A stretch of DNA of 64,000 nucleotides, from the NCBI GenBank assembly GCA_001804705.1, contig MHAY01000005.1:11433-75432 (forward strand), given 5' to 3'. Below, piece by piece: positions 20,072-30,518 of the stretch (position 1 is its first letter; every line of letters begins with the position of its first letter). The notes beneath the pieces are model-generated. The model had not been told where the DNA came from and searched no databases. It was given only the letters and a program-made list of their open reading frames with translations. The DNA comes from Ignavibacteria bacterium RIFOXYC2_FULL_35_21 (GTDB lineage Bacteria > Bacteroidota > Ignavibacteria > Kapaibacteriales > UBA2268). The translations under genes and the position numbers were made by a program.

Positions 20072-21658
20072 TTAATTCCCCATGACTTTCCATGTTAAAT
20101 TAAATGCAAATGATGCATGAGGCTTTGTATTGTTTGGACTTAGAGTGGATATTATATCTAATGTTGATAAGTAGGCTTCGATTAAAGAGCTTGAATATCC
20201 TAATCCTAATGACCAGTTAAACCGGTAGGTTTCATCGTGGGATAAGCCCGTTAAAATAGATAATCCTATATCGAATGGCTGCCATTCCGTTCCTAAAGAA
20301 AATCTTGGAGTCGTGCTATTTGACGGCTTATTGTTTAATCCTTGATTATAGTCTAAAGCGAGGAGCAAGCTGCCGGGCAATCCATCTAAGTAATCACTTG
20401 CTAAGACTGATATTCCAAATCTCAGGCAGGTTGGTAGGGTTGTCATATAATCGGCAACTGGTTTGCTTTCGGAACTACCAATATCGGTTACCGAATCGAG
20501 TTGTTCTTTATTGAATAGGTCATCAATATATAATTGCTTCTGACTTATATGTTTTGCTACATTCGATGACCAGTTGATTGAGCCAATATCTGTTATAGCC
20601 AATCCAACAGTGATTCCGGAATCAAGTTCGGCAGAAAATCCTATGTCCAGCCCCAAACCTGAACCTGCCGGTGTTGAGAAATAATTTAAATCGTAAACAT
20701 GAGTAACTGTGTCATAATCATACCTGACGGCTAAATCATCGCTGAACGAAGAGTAAGCCTCGACATAGTAGTTCCCATTCAATACATTTTTTTCACCGGT
20801 TTGGAAACTTGAACTTACTTTTTCAATTCCTGTATATGCAAAACCTGAAATATATTTGATGCTAATGCCTGCATTAATGTTTTTAATAAAACCTTCTCTG
20901 TTATTTAATACTTCTTTTGAATAGCTGAGCGAATAAGACCTCAGCCACCAGGTTTGAAATCTGAGGTCATCGAGACTGTATGTCTTACCGGCTTCATTCC
21001 CCTTCAAAGCTAATTGTGCAAGTGAAGAAGGAATTGTGAAGCCTCCTGAAACAAAATCTGACATGGTAAACCCAAAGGCTCCTATCTTACCAGATGGTTT
21101 ATAAACTATTGCTAAAGGTGTAAATGATGCATAATAATTATATTTCCCATTTCCTTCTGCAAAATAACCGTAAAGTCTATCCTTTTCGCCTTCTGTCAAA
21201 TCTCTACTTTCAGGACCTCCAAAGAAATATTCAACTTCATCCGGAGGTATTGAATTGGTGTAAACATCCGAAGAAATACCGGGTAGCATGAACTTTAATA
21301 GCGTTTCAGATGTATCTGATGGAATTAATAAGGCAGGATTTTTTCCAGATGAATAAACATCCTTGGTATTTGAATTAAATGTATTACCCATTCCCATACT
21401 TCTTGCATCAGAAACTCCAAAAGAACCTATCTGAGCATTCAATCCGGTTGAATTGAATAGTAAAAGAAAAAGTAAAATCCCCCTTAATCCCCCTTTTACA
21501 AAGAGGGAAACTTTATAAATTCCCCTTAATCCCCCTTTTACAAAGGGGGAAACTTTATAAATCCCCCTTAATCCCCATTCTACAAAGAGGGAAACTTTAT
21601 AAATTCCCCTTAATCCCCCTTTTACAAAGGGGGAAATCAATAACCAATTACTTGTCAT
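20072..21658 (-). CDS. DUF5723-like outer-membrane beta-barrel protein; N-terminus carries translated REP repeats
   Basis: ARSMGMGN, GSGLGLDIG, ITDIGSINW, LPTCLRFG motifs. Confidence 0.7.
   Translation of the reverse strand: MTSNWLLISPFVKGGLRGIYKVSLFVEWGLRGIYKVSPFVKGGLRGIYKVSLFVKGGLRGILLFLLLFNSTGLNAQIGSFGVSDARSMGMGNTFNSNTKDVYSSGKNPALLIPSDTSETLLKFMLPGISSDVYTNSIPPDEVEYFFGGPESRDLTEGEKDRLYGYFAEGNGKYNYYASFTPLAIVYKPSGKIGAFGFTMSDFVSGGFTIPSSLAQLALKGNEAGKTYSLDDLRFQTWWLRSYSLSYSKEVLNNREGFIKNINAGISIKYISGFAYTGIEKVSSSFQTGEKNVLNGNYYVEAYSSFSDDLAVRYDYDTVTHVYDLNYFSTPAGSGLGLDIGFSAELDSGITVGLAITDIGSINWSSNVAKHISQKQLYIDDLFNKEQLDSVTDIGSSESKPVADYMTTLPTCLRFGISVLASDYLDGLPGSLLLALDYNQGLNNKPSNSTTPRFSLGTEWQPFDIGLSILTGLSHDETYRFNWSLGLGYSSSLIEAYLSTLDIISTLSPNNTKPHASFAFNLTWKVMGN
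21475..21636. repeat. Four 42-bp tandem copies of the CCCCCTTAATCCCCCTTTNNNAAAGGGGG palindrome family
   Basis: Period 42 bp = 14 codons; single intergenic copies at about 354-383 and 14869-14900, degenerate ones near 33176 and 44041. Confidence 0.9.
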
Positions 21659-23166
21659 TCGAATTTAATATGATATTTTAATTTGAAATATGTTAATAAT
21701 TTTATCCAATTCCCCGGTTGAATAGTTACTTTTTTCCCAATGCCTGATGTACTAAGCAACAAGTTGTAAACCACCTTCTCGCTATTTGAAAATTTTTGTA
21801 TTTCTGTTGAATCAAGTGTAATCTGTGAATAACTTTCAGTTGGTACAGATGTCTTACCGGATGCATCAACTTCACTTGCTTCGACAAACAATTTTTTATT
21901 AAATAATACATTACCGAGACTATCGGCAAAAGCAATATCGAAATCAACTGCCATTGGAATTGCATTAGTGATTTCGAGAAATAACGCAGCTTCTCTACCA
22001 TTCCTAATAGCCTTTTTATTGTCGCTGCTAAATTGTATGCTTACAGAATCAGTGTAAGGTATGTTGTTAAATGCCATTTCACCGCTTATAATGAATTTAA
22101 AATCTAACAGTACCGAATCTGATGAACTGGCTTCCCCTCTTTTGTTCTGAGGATTAATCGTTACATCTGCCTTTAAATAAACCGAATCGGGGAGGTATGA
22201 TAAAAATTCAGCAATATTACTATTGCCATTAGAAAATGTTTTGATAATCTTATTTTTGGTTATAGTCATCACTCCGAGATTATTATTTCCGCTTTTATCC
22301 TCTAAAAATTTTGTTAAACCATCATTCCTCATTCCATATACCTGGATGTTTTTAACTTGTATTTCAAATGGATTTTTCAAATCAGTTTTATATTCAGCTT
22401 CAATGGAAAGGACAGTATTATCGAGGATGAATTTATCCCTGAACTTTTGTATGGCGTCATTTATCGGCAACTCGAATGGCTCCTGAATCCGGGAAATATC
22501 CATTGTTGGAAGTTTTCCGCTTATATATTTGAAATCGGAATTTCTTATGCTGACATTGAGTTTTACTAAACCTGTACCGCCTCCGCTGATTACTTTTCCG
22601 TTAATTCTTAGTTTACTTTTATCAACCAGGAGGTAAGAAGAGTATGTGCATCCTGACAAATCGAGAATAGAACTGCTTCTTCCGTTACCAGGCACACTGC
22701 TTCTTATCTTGAAACTCTTACCGTCTGATTTAAATAAATCAGGGAAAGTAACTTCAAATTCGATTAACGATGGGCCTGTATTAATTATATCAATGTTTAA
22801 TTCTCCCCGAGAAAAATAAGCCGAATCAAGCTCTACACCGTCAGCTAATGCGACCTCAACGGATGCTTCACCGTTTTGTAGTACCAGTTCAATATCGCTG
22901 AATCCCTGGTCTAATCTGTTTTTCAGGTATTCCCCTATACCGAATGAATAATTCATTGTATCAGATGAAATTAAAAATATTTCCTTTCCATCTATTGTGT
23001 CAGGTTTGATATGTTCATCCGGTTTAATAATTTCATCGAGTGTATATGTCCTGTTTGTCAAAGGCAGATTCAGGTTTGTATTCCACTCCGGCATAACAAG
23101 TTCTTCCGGTACTTTGAAGCAGGATGTCAGTAATGTCAGAATTAAAAAGTAAAAAAATTTTTTCAT
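21655..23166 (-). CDS. Outer-membrane lipoprotein, partner of the DUF5723-like barrel
   Basis: Lipobox LLTSC; beta-rich; ATGA overlap with the downstream gene. Confidence 0.7.
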   Translation of the reverse strand: MKKFFYFLILTLLTSCFKVPEELVMPEWNTNLNLPLTNRTYTLDEIIKPDEHIKPDTIDGKEIFLISSDTMNYSFGIGEYLKNRLDQGFSDIELVLQNGEASVEVALADGVELDSAYFSRGELNIDIINTGPSLIEFEVTFPDLFKSDGKSFKIRSSVPGNGRSSSILDLSGCTYSSYLLVDKSKLRINGKVISGGGTGLVKLNVSIRNSDFKYISGKLPTMDISRIQEPFELPINDAIQKFRDKFILDNTVLSIEAEYKTDLKNPFEIQVKNIQVYGMRNDGLTKFLEDKSGNNNLGVMTITKNKIIKTFSNGNSNIAEFLSYLPDSVYLKADVTINPQNKRGEASSSDSVLLDFKFIISGEMAFNNIPYTDSVSIQFSSDNKKAIRNGREAALFLEITNAIPMAVDFDIAFADSLGNVLFNKKLFVEASEVDASGKTSVPTESYSQITLDSTEIQKFSNSEKVVYNLLLSTSGIGKKVTIQPGNWIKLLTYFKLKYHIKFE

Positions 23167-23349
23167 TTACTACGAAAAAAAATATAACGATTAAAATTAT
23201 TTCCAATATTATCTCAAACATAAATTAATTATCAAGAATTGCACCAAATTTTATGCCGGCAATATAAATGAACTTTTTATATGAAACTGTTGGGACAGAA
23301 CAATGTTCTGACCTTATAATGTTCTGTCCAAAAAATATTTTATCACAAA

Positions 23350-24432
23350 TTAAATAATAATCCCAATTTCGGTTTTGCATTTTGGGCAGATAGGTTTGTC
23401 ATTTGCAATTCTGAGATTGTTTTTAATAATCCCAAAACTGCTTCTTGCAATCAATAGTTCATTGCATTTGGGACAATGTGTATCCTCTGCACAGGGAATA
23501 GTAGTATTACCTATATATATATATTTAATCCCCTTGTTATGCGCAATTTCCTTTGCTTTTATAAGAGTATTTAAATCTGTTTGAGGCTTATTGCTTAGCT
23601 TATAATGAGGATAAAACCGGCTGAAATGGAGTGGTATATCGGGTGATACCGAAACAATGAAATCGCTAAGTTTTTCTATATCTTCATCTGTATCATTTTC
23701 CCCAGGTATAACAAGATTAATTATTTCCAAATGAATTTTATCTCTCAAATCATAAATTCTTTTTATAGAATCAAGCACCGGTTCAAGTGTTCCCCCGCAA
23801 ATTTTCTTATATTTTTGATTATCCATGAACTTCAGGTCTATATTTATCGCGGATAATAGGTTTTCCCTGTCAATCAGTTCAACTGCTTCTTTTGTGAAAT
23901 ATCCGTTTGAAACAAACACGTGAAAAAGTGATTCGGTTTTCTTGTTTTTTCTACATTCAAGTATTGTATCTCTTGCATATTCCAGGAAAATAGTTGGTTC
24001 GGAATAGGTATAGGATATTCCGTCAACTTTTTGGATTGCAGCATATTCGGCTATACTCTCAGGTAAAAATACCTTTGTGGCTAAAGAAATATCTGAGTAA
24101 TATTTTACAGCTTGTGATAGTTGCCAGTTCTGGCAGTTCATACATCTGAAATTGCAACCCGGTGTTCCGAACGAAAGCACCTTCGTCCCGGGTTTATAAT
24201 GATAAAATGGTTTTTTTTCAATAGGGTCAATTGCTAATCCTTCCGTTCTGCCCCAGGTCATTGTGAACAGTTCACCGCCAATATTTTTTCTTAGAAGACA
24301 AATCCCAATGTTGCCATCTTTGATTTCGCAATAATGAGAACAAAGCCTGCAGAGAACAGAATTTTTCTCATCATTTAATCTATCATACAGAATAGCAGGG
24401 TGGTGGTAATATTCACTGTCAATTTTACTCAT
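23350..24432 (-). CDS. amrS: AmmeMemoRadiSam system radical SAM enzyme
   Basis: CRLCSHYC...C, IDPIEKKPFYH, GCNFRCMNCQNW, TYSEP, PLHFSRFYP, YIYIGN. Confidence 0.9.
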   Translation of the reverse strand: MSKIDSEYYHHPAILYDRLNDEKNSVLCRLCSHYCEIKDGNIGICLLRKNIGGELFTMTWGRTEGLAIDPIEKKPFYHYKPGTKVLSFGTPGCNFRCMNCQNWQLSQAVKYYSDISLATKVFLPESIAEYAAIQKVDGISYTYSEPTIFLEYARDTILECRKNKKTESLFHVFVSNGYFTKEAVELIDRENLLSAINIDLKFMDNQKYKKICGGTLEPVLDSIKRIYDLRDKIHLEIINLVIPGENDTDEDIEKLSDFIVSVSPDIPLHFSRFYPHYKLSNKPQTDLNTLIKAKEIAHNKGIKYIYIGNTTIPCAEDTHCPKCNELLIARSSFGIIKNNLRIANDKPICPKCKTEIGIII

Positions 24433-24522
24433 TCAATTTACATTTTAAATCCATATTTATTTACCTCCCTTTTATTCACCTCCTTAATTAAGGAGGAGAT
24501 TCAGGGGTGGTTCTTTGGTTCT

Positions 24523-24549
24523 GGGCAGATACACAGGCCTGCCCCTACA
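24523..24549 (-). repeat. GTAG-type REP hairpin (TGTAGGGGCAGGCCTGTGTATCTGCCC)
   Basis: Family members also near 14362, 23288, 25542, 26144, 26687, 26762, 28519, 28568, 48122, 48176, 48237, 50630, 50713. Confidence 0.8.
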
Positions 24550-24556
24550 ATATTCA

Positions 24557-24780
24557 TTCTACATTCTACATTTTGCATTTTGCATTTTACATTTTGCATT
24601 TTACATTTTGCATTTTACATTTTGCATTTTACATTTTGCATTTTGCATTTTGCATTTTGCATTTTACATTTTGCATTTTGCATTTTACATTTTGCATTTT
24701 GCATTTTGCATTTTACATTTTGCATTTTGCATTTTACATTTTGCATTTTACATTTTGCATTTTACATTTTACATTTTGCA
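24557..24780. repeat. 7-bp tandem array: 2x TTCTACA + 30x TTTT(G/A)CA
   Basis: Counted by hand: 24571-24780 = 210 nt, 19 G-units and 11 A-units. Confidence 0.97.
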
Positions 24781-24901
24781 TCATTAATTCAGCATTCATA
24801 ATTCTTAATTCATAATTCTCTGTACATCCGGTTTATTATTAGAACGATAATTCTTATATTTATTTTTTGTTTTTCGTAAAACTCGGAAATTTTCCCTTAT
24901 A

Positions 24902-25522
24902 ATGGCACAATTTAAGACTCAACTCGATAAAGAAGCTTCCATGAAGGAAGATTTTGAGAATGTCAAAATGGTTCTTTCGGGAAACAAATCTGCTTTTACT
25001 AAATTACAAAAAAAGTACAAGCGTGTTATATCATCTCTCATCAGAAAAATGATTCGTAATGAATATGATGTCGAGGATTTAACTCAGGAAACTTTTATCA
25101 AAGCATACAATGCCTTGTCAACGTTTCAATTCGGTTATACATTTTCTGCATGGATATATAGGATTGCTTCAAACACCTGCATTGACTTTCTCCGTAAAAA
25201 AAGGTTCCCTACTATTTCAATTAACCAGCCAATTGCAGGTGCTGAAGATGACATGGTATATGAAATAGAAGACAGGACTTATATTCCCGATGTTAATTAC
25301 ATGAATCAGGAAAGAAAAAACATACTGATGAAAGCTATAAATTCTTTACCGGAGAATTACAGGGAAATTATTAAACTTCGTCACGAAGACGAATTGGATT
25401 ATAATGAAATTGCTGTCAAAATGAATCTTCCTCTCGGAACAGTCAAAGCCCATTTATTCAGAGCCAGAAAAATTCTTCTTTCTGAACTTAAAAGCCAAAG
25501 ATCAGCCTTCTTAGAAAATTAA
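24902..25522 (+). CDS. ECF RNA polymerase sigma factor (SigW/RpoE-like)
   Basis: EDLTQETFIKAY, FSAWIYRIASNTCIDFLRK, LGTVKAHLFRAR. Confidence 0.93.
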   Translation: MAQFKTQLDKEASMKEDFENVKMVLSGNKSAFTKLQKKYKRVISSLIRKMIRNEYDVEDLTQETFIKAYNALSTFQFGYTFSAWIYRIASNTCIDFLRKKRFPTISINQPIAGAEDDMVYEIEDRTYIPDVNYMNQERKNILMKAINSLPENYREIIKLRHEDELDYNEIAVKMNLPLGTVKAHLFRARKILLSELKSQRSAFLEN

Positions 25523-25654
25523 TTAAAATAATCACATATTCGGGCAGACACAAAGGTTTACACCTACATTATTCTTATTCATTATTAATTGTTTAATGCG
25601 GCACGTTTTTTGTTCATATTTAATGTTTGTTTGTATCATTAATTAAGAAATATC

Positions 25655-26125
25655 ATGGAAAAGAAGAAAATTAAGAATTTGGATAAAAAAGCACTTGTAT
25701 TAAACATATTTTCAGGGTTTTTTGGATTTGTAATCTTATTAATGATTCTGTCATTTACCTATAGAATACTGTCACCAGAGCAATTACAGTCAAAAGTTAC
25801 AGGTTATTCCGAAATTGTTCCTGTAAATCAAACTGTACAGGTCAATATTATTAATGCCTGCAGTGTTGACGGGATTGCAAAAAAGATGAAGGATTATTTA
25901 AATAAGCAGGGAATTAAGGTTGTCAGCATTGGCAATTCATCATCACCGGTCGAAAAATCCTTTATTAAAGGTGGTTCCGATGAAAATAAATCTTTGAATT
26001 TAGCTTCTATAATCGGCATTGATAAATCATTGATTAAAACACAACAGAAAAATTCAGATTATCAGATTATTTCTGTTGTTATTGGCAAAGATTTTTCCCA
26101 ATTAAAACCATTCAAGGGTTATTGA
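25655..26125 (+). CDS. LytR C-terminal-domain membrane protein
   Basis: N-terminal TM; VNIINACSVDGIA...GN; VVIGKDF. Confidence 0.75.
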   Translation: MEKKKIKNLDKKALVLNIFSGFFGFVILLMILSFTYRILSPEQLQSKVTGYSEIVPVNQTVQVNIINACSVDGIAKKMKDYLNKQGIKVVSIGNSSSPVEKSFIKGGSDENKSLNLASIIGIDKSLIKTQQKNSDYQIISVVIGKDFSQLKPFKGY

Positions 26126-26265
26126 CATTTTTTTGTGCTATTTGAGCAGACAAATATATCTGACCCTGCATTTTAAATTCTACATTCTACATTTTACATT
26201 AATTGACAATTAAAACGTCATTGTAAATGTTTTTTAATATATAACTTTAATTAATTGGAGAAATA

Positions 26266-26685
26266 TTGGCAAAATTAACCAAACCACGTACATCAAAAAC
26301 ACTGGCATCCTTCTGTGCCAAATTAACCGAAGAAAAACTTGCTCACGAAGTATTAATCCTCAATTTAACCGAAATCGAAGTTTCACCTTCAGATTTTTTT
26401 GTAATTTGTTCTTGCGATTCTGATGTTCAAATCAATGCTGTAGTTGATGAAATTCTAAATCAATGCAGAGAGTTGGGTATAAAAAAGCCAAGAGTCGAAG
26501 GAATTAAAGGTGGCTATTGGGTTATTCTTGACTTTTTTGATTTAGTCGTTCATATTATGCACCAAAAAGCAAGGGAATATTACAAATTAGAAAAACTATG
26601 GGGTGATGCCATATTTTCCAAATTAAGCAAAAGTCGGAGAGCTGTGCTAATCCCAAAGGATGAATTAAAATCAATATTGAAATAA
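26266..26685 (+). CDS. rsfS: Ribosome silencing factor RsfS
   Basis: DFFVICS, WVILDFFDLVVHI, REYYKLEKLWGDA; TTG start with GGAG SD. Confidence 0.92.
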   Translation: MAKLTKPRTSKTLASFCAKLTEEKLAHEVLILNLTEIEVSPSDFFVICSCDSDVQINAVVDEILNQCRELGIKKPRVEGIKGGYWVILDFFDLVVHIMHQKAREYYKLEKLWGDAIFSKLSKSRRAVLIPKDELKSILK

Positions 26686-26836
26686 TTGTAGGGGCAGAAA
26701 ATTTTCTGCCCCGAAAATAACGTAAAATGTAAAATTCAAAATGTAGAATAAATTGAATAAATGTAGGGGCAGAATATTTTCTACCCCAAAAAAACAAATA
26801 AAATGCAAAATGTAAAATGAAACCGATGGGTTATCC

Positions 26837-28480
26837 ATGTATGATGAAATTATAAAAATACCTTTTCAAAATGTTTTATCAAAGTTAAACATCCATGAGG
26901 ATGTTGATATAATTTTTGAATACCCCAAAAATCCAAGTCACGGTGACCTATCAACAAATATCGCTATGCAGCTTGCCGGTAAATTAAAGAAACAACCAAG
27001 GCAGATTGCTCAGGAGATTATTAATACTATCGAATACGATAAAGATTTAATAGAAAAAATTGATATTGCAGGTGCTGGATTTATTAATATAAAATTCTCT
27101 AATAAGTTTTATACACTGGCCTTGAAGAACATTTATGAGAATGGAGAAAATTTTGGGAAATCGAATAAAGGTAAAGGTATAAGAGTAAATGTCGAGTATG
27201 TAAGTGTCAATCCAACAGGATTACTTCATCTCGGTCACGGGCGGAATGCCTGTATCGGCGATACAATCGCTAATTTGTATGAGTGGATGGGCTATGATGT
27301 AACTCGTGAATACTACTTCAACAATGCCGGTAATCAGATGAATAACCTTGCTAAATCTATTTATGCAAGATATAGGCAGCAACTCGACAATCCTGATTTT
27401 CTTTTTCCCGTAGATGGTTATCATGGTGATTATATTAAGGAAATTGCCGACGAATTAATTAATGAGAATTCAAATAAACTTCTCGAAGATAATGATGAGA
27501 ATTTAACAACAATAAGAAAATTCGGAGAGAACTGGTGCTTCGGCAAAATCAAAAAGACACTTGAAAGAATGAGTATCCATCAGGAGGTCTATTATAATGA
27601 AGATTCTCTTTATTCCGAGGGGAAAATCAAAGATGTAATAGGTGAATTCAAGGAAAAAGACATTGCTTACGAAAAGGATGGTGCTTTGTGGCTTGCACTT
27701 ACCAAAATGGGTTTGACCGACGACAGGGTGATTGTCAAATCAACAGGTGAGCCGACATATCGTTTACCGGATATTGCTTATCACAGGGAAAAATTCCTGA
27801 GAGGCTTTGATATATTGATTGACATTTTCGGTTCTGACCACATTGCAACCGTCCCTGATGTTCTCGCCGGGGTGAAAGCACTTGGTTTTGACCCCGATAA
27901 AGTTAAAGTTTATATACACCAGTTTGTAACTTTAACTGAAAATGGAGAGCAAATCAAAATGTCAAAGCGAACGGGAAAGAATTACACTCTCGATGACTTG
28001 TTGGACGAGGTTGGTTCGGATGTTGTCCGATTTTTCCTATTGATGAGAGGAATTTCAACTCATCTCGAATTTGATTTAGCACTCGCTCGCGAGCAAAGTG
28101 AAAAAAATCCGGTATTTTATCTTCAATATGCACATGCAAGGCTTTGCTCTGTATTCGATAATGCTGAGTTAAAGGGTGTGATATTGAATGGTGATATTGA
28201 TTTTCATTTATTACAACATGAAACAGAAATAAAATTGATAAAACAATTGCTGAATTTCCCCGGTTTTATCGAATCGGCATGTAATAAGGGTGAGCCTCAG
28301 GTTCTTGCAGATTACCTGAGGGAATTGGCATCGGCATTTCATGTGTTTTATCATGAATGTCGAATTTTAGATGTCGGGGAAAAATTAAGCATAGCCAGGT
28401 TAGCCCTTGCTAAGGTTACGATGTTCACAATGAAAAATGGTTTAACCATTCTCGGTATTTCAGCACCAACGAGAATGTAA
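26837..28480 (+). CDS. argS: Arginine--tRNA ligase
   Basis: VEYVSVNPTGLLHLGHGR (HIGH), KMSKRTG, YLQYAHAR, APTRM end. Confidence 0.97.
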   Translation: MYDEIIKIPFQNVLSKLNIHEDVDIIFEYPKNPSHGDLSTNIAMQLAGKLKKQPRQIAQEIINTIEYDKDLIEKIDIAGAGFINIKFSNKFYTLALKNIYENGENFGKSNKGKGIRVNVEYVSVNPTGLLHLGHGRNACIGDTIANLYEWMGYDVTREYYFNNAGNQMNNLAKSIYARYRQQLDNPDFLFPVDGYHGDYIKEIADELINENSNKLLEDNDENLTTIRKFGENWCFGKIKKTLERMSIHQEVYYNEDSLYSEGKIKDVIGEFKEKDIAYEKDGALWLALTKMGLTDDRVIVKSTGEPTYRLPDIAYHREKFLRGFDILIDIFGSDHIATVPDVLAGVKALGFDPDKVKVYIHQFVTLTENGEQIKMSKRTGKNYTLDDLLDEVGSDVVRFFLLMRGISTHLEFDLALAREQSEKNPVFYLQYAHARLCSVFDNAELKGVILNGDIDFHLLQHETEIKLIKQLLNFPGFIESACNKGEPQVLADYLRELASAFHVFYHECRILDVGEKLSIARLALAKVTMFTMKNGLTILGISAPTRM

Positions 28481-28621
28481 TAAATGCAAAATGTAGAATA
28501 CAAAATGCAAAAAAGAAATGTAGGGGCAGAATATTTTCTGCCCAATAAATTACCATAGAATGCAAAATGTAGGGGCAGGCCTGCGTGTCTGTCAATGTAA
28601 AATCATGATGGTAAATAATTT

Positions 28622-28894
28622 TTGAAATCACAATCGGAAATATTGAAAGAATTTCAGGTAATACCCGGTGTGGGTAAGTCCATAGCACAGGATTTATGGG
28701 ACTTGGGTTACCGTTCTGTGGTTGAACTTAAGAATGAAAATCCTGAAAAAATGTATAAGAAATTTTGCGATTTGAAAGGTCAACATATAGATAGATGTTT
28801 GCTGTACGTTTTCAGGTGTGCTGTTTATTTTACGTCTAATAAAATACATGACCCTGAATTATTAAAATGGTGGAACTGGAAAGACAACGAATAA
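28622..28894 (+). CDS. Helix-hairpin-helix protein (Cdd1/pathogenicity-locus family)
   Basis: IPGVGKSIAQDL, DRCLLYVFRCAVY, KWWNWKD. Confidence 0.85.
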   Translation: MKSQSEILKEFQVIPGVGKSIAQDLWDLGYRSVVELKNENPEKMYKKFCDLKGQHIDRCLLYVFRCAVYFTSNKIHDPELLKWWNWKDNE

Positions 28895-28936
28895 TTTAAA
28901 ATTCAAAATTCATAATTTAAAATTAAGGTAAATGAA

Positions 28937-29173
28937 ATGGCAGAACCAATATCAGTTCAAAAAGAACCTTATGTACTCGAATTAGAACGTGGATTATACT
29001 TGTGGTGTGCCTGCGGCAAATCACAAAACCAACCCTTTTGCGACAGCTCCCACAAAGGTAGTGAATTTTTACCTGTTAAGGTTAAGATAGATGAGAAAAA
29101 AACTGTTTATCTTTGTGGTTGCAAAAGAACAGGCACCAAACCTTACTGTGATGATACACACCTGACTTTATAA
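28937..29173 (+). CDS. CDGSH iron-sulfur domain protein (two domains)
   Basis: WCACGKSQNQPFCDSSH and LCGCKRTGTKPYCDDTH. Confidence 0.9.
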   Translation: MAEPISVQKEPYVLELERGLYLWCACGKSQNQPFCDSSHKGSEFLPVKVKIDEKKTVYLCGCKRTGTKPYCDDTHLTL

Positions 29174-29175
29174 AA

Positions 29176-30297
29176 TTATTCTTCAAGGCTAAGAGGATAA
29201 TATAGATTAAAAATTGTTCCCGTTTCCTTGGATGAGATAAAATCAACTTTACCCTTCAGGTACTTTTCTGTTAACAGTTTGACGCTGTATAAGCCTATTC
29301 CTCTTCCCTTACCTTTCGTAGAAAATGAACGCTGGAATAGTTGAAGTTGAATTGTTCTTGGCATTACCGAGATATTATGAATCCAAAAGTGAGTAAATCC
29401 GTTATCAACCTTAAATCCGATTGTAACACAGCCATCAGGATTTTCGACTTCGCAAGCATTTTTCAATAAATTAGTTAACACTCTTCCTAAAAGGGAAACA
29501 TCGGTAATCATTATAAAATCTTCTGCTTGACTTGAAATCTGTATGTTAACATTTTTTGAAAAGTCATATTGTTTAACTAAGTTAATAACTCCCTGTATAA
29601 TCTCAATTGCACTTATTTTATTTAATTCAAGAATCAATGATGAAGTTTCGGCTTCAACCAACTGTCTTTGTGTCTTGATTTCTTCCAATAGCTTTGTTGT
29701 GAAATTTTTTATAAGTGATTTATAATTTGTCAACTGTTCGGGAAGCTCGTATTCCAGAATTTCCATTAATGATTTGATTGAACTGGCAATATTTAATATA
29801 TCATGAAAAAATATCTGTTCAAGAATTTCCTTTCTTTTTTCACTTGATATATCCATAACTGAAAACATAATAAAATGGTTACCACTGAAAAACACAGGAT
29901 TTGACCAGACTTTCAAATCAAATGCATTTCCTGTATCCTTTTGGATAATCCTGCATTCCTGAATGTCTTTTTTATTGTCTAATGACGAAACAATAGCTTT
30001 AAAGACTCCACATTCATTGCAAAATTCAGTAGAGCCGCAACCGTATTCATTCTCAAAAGCATGAATACAATTTAACACTTCACCCGGCCTTTTTCCAATA
30101 ACTTCACCCTGGGAGCCATAACCAAGGAAATTAAGAAGGCTGATATTACAGTATATAATTTGCCTTTGTGAGTTTAATATCATTACAATATCAGGCACCA
30201 TGTCCAATAAATTATTCAATTTGACAGGTTCGGAAATAGTCATTACCTGATGGGATAACTCACTAGGTTCAACTTTAATATGTGATATTTCATTCAT
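29176..30297 (-). CDS. Orphan cytoplasmic PAS-domain sensor histidine kinase
   Basis: GKRPGEVLNCIH...CG...C..C Cys-rich PAS, FFHDILN H-box, NLLKNA, FSTKGKGRGIGLY. Confidence 0.88.
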   Translation of the reverse strand: MNEISHIKVEPSELSHQVMTISEPVKLNNLLDMVPDIVMILNSQRQIIYCNISLLNFLGYGSQGEVIGKRPGEVLNCIHAFENEYGCGSTEFCNECGVFKAIVSSLDNKKDIQECRIIQKDTGNAFDLKVWSNPVFFSGNHFIMFSVMDISSEKRKEILEQIFFHDILNIASSIKSLMEILEYELPEQLTNYKSLIKNFTTKLLEEIKTQRQLVEAETSSLILELNKISAIEIIQGVINLVKQYDFSKNVNIQISSQAEDFIMITDVSLLGRVLTNLLKNACEVENPDGCVTIGFKVDNGFTHFWIHNISVMPRTIQLQLFQRSFSTKGKGRGIGLYSVKLLTEKYLKGKVDFISSKETGTIFNLYYPLSLEE

Positions 30298-30518
30298 AAT
30301 TATTAAAATTTAACCTGTTGTTAATAATTAGTTAAAACTTATCACCTATTGTAGGATTTTTATAAAATATCAAGAAAAAAAAACAAATCAAACACAAAAG
30401 TTAAAATCGTTATTATTAATTTTGAATAAAATGATAAATTAACTTGTTAAAATTCTGACTAACATACAATTATTTATATACATTTTCAAAATTTTATATT
30501 TAGGAAGGTTTGGGTTAT

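Noticed and set aside
24400..24815. ORFs 24400..24801, 24507..24815 and 24515..24787 (HFAFCIL repeats)
   Set aside because: Open in all three frames only because the heptamer array has no stop codon on that strand.
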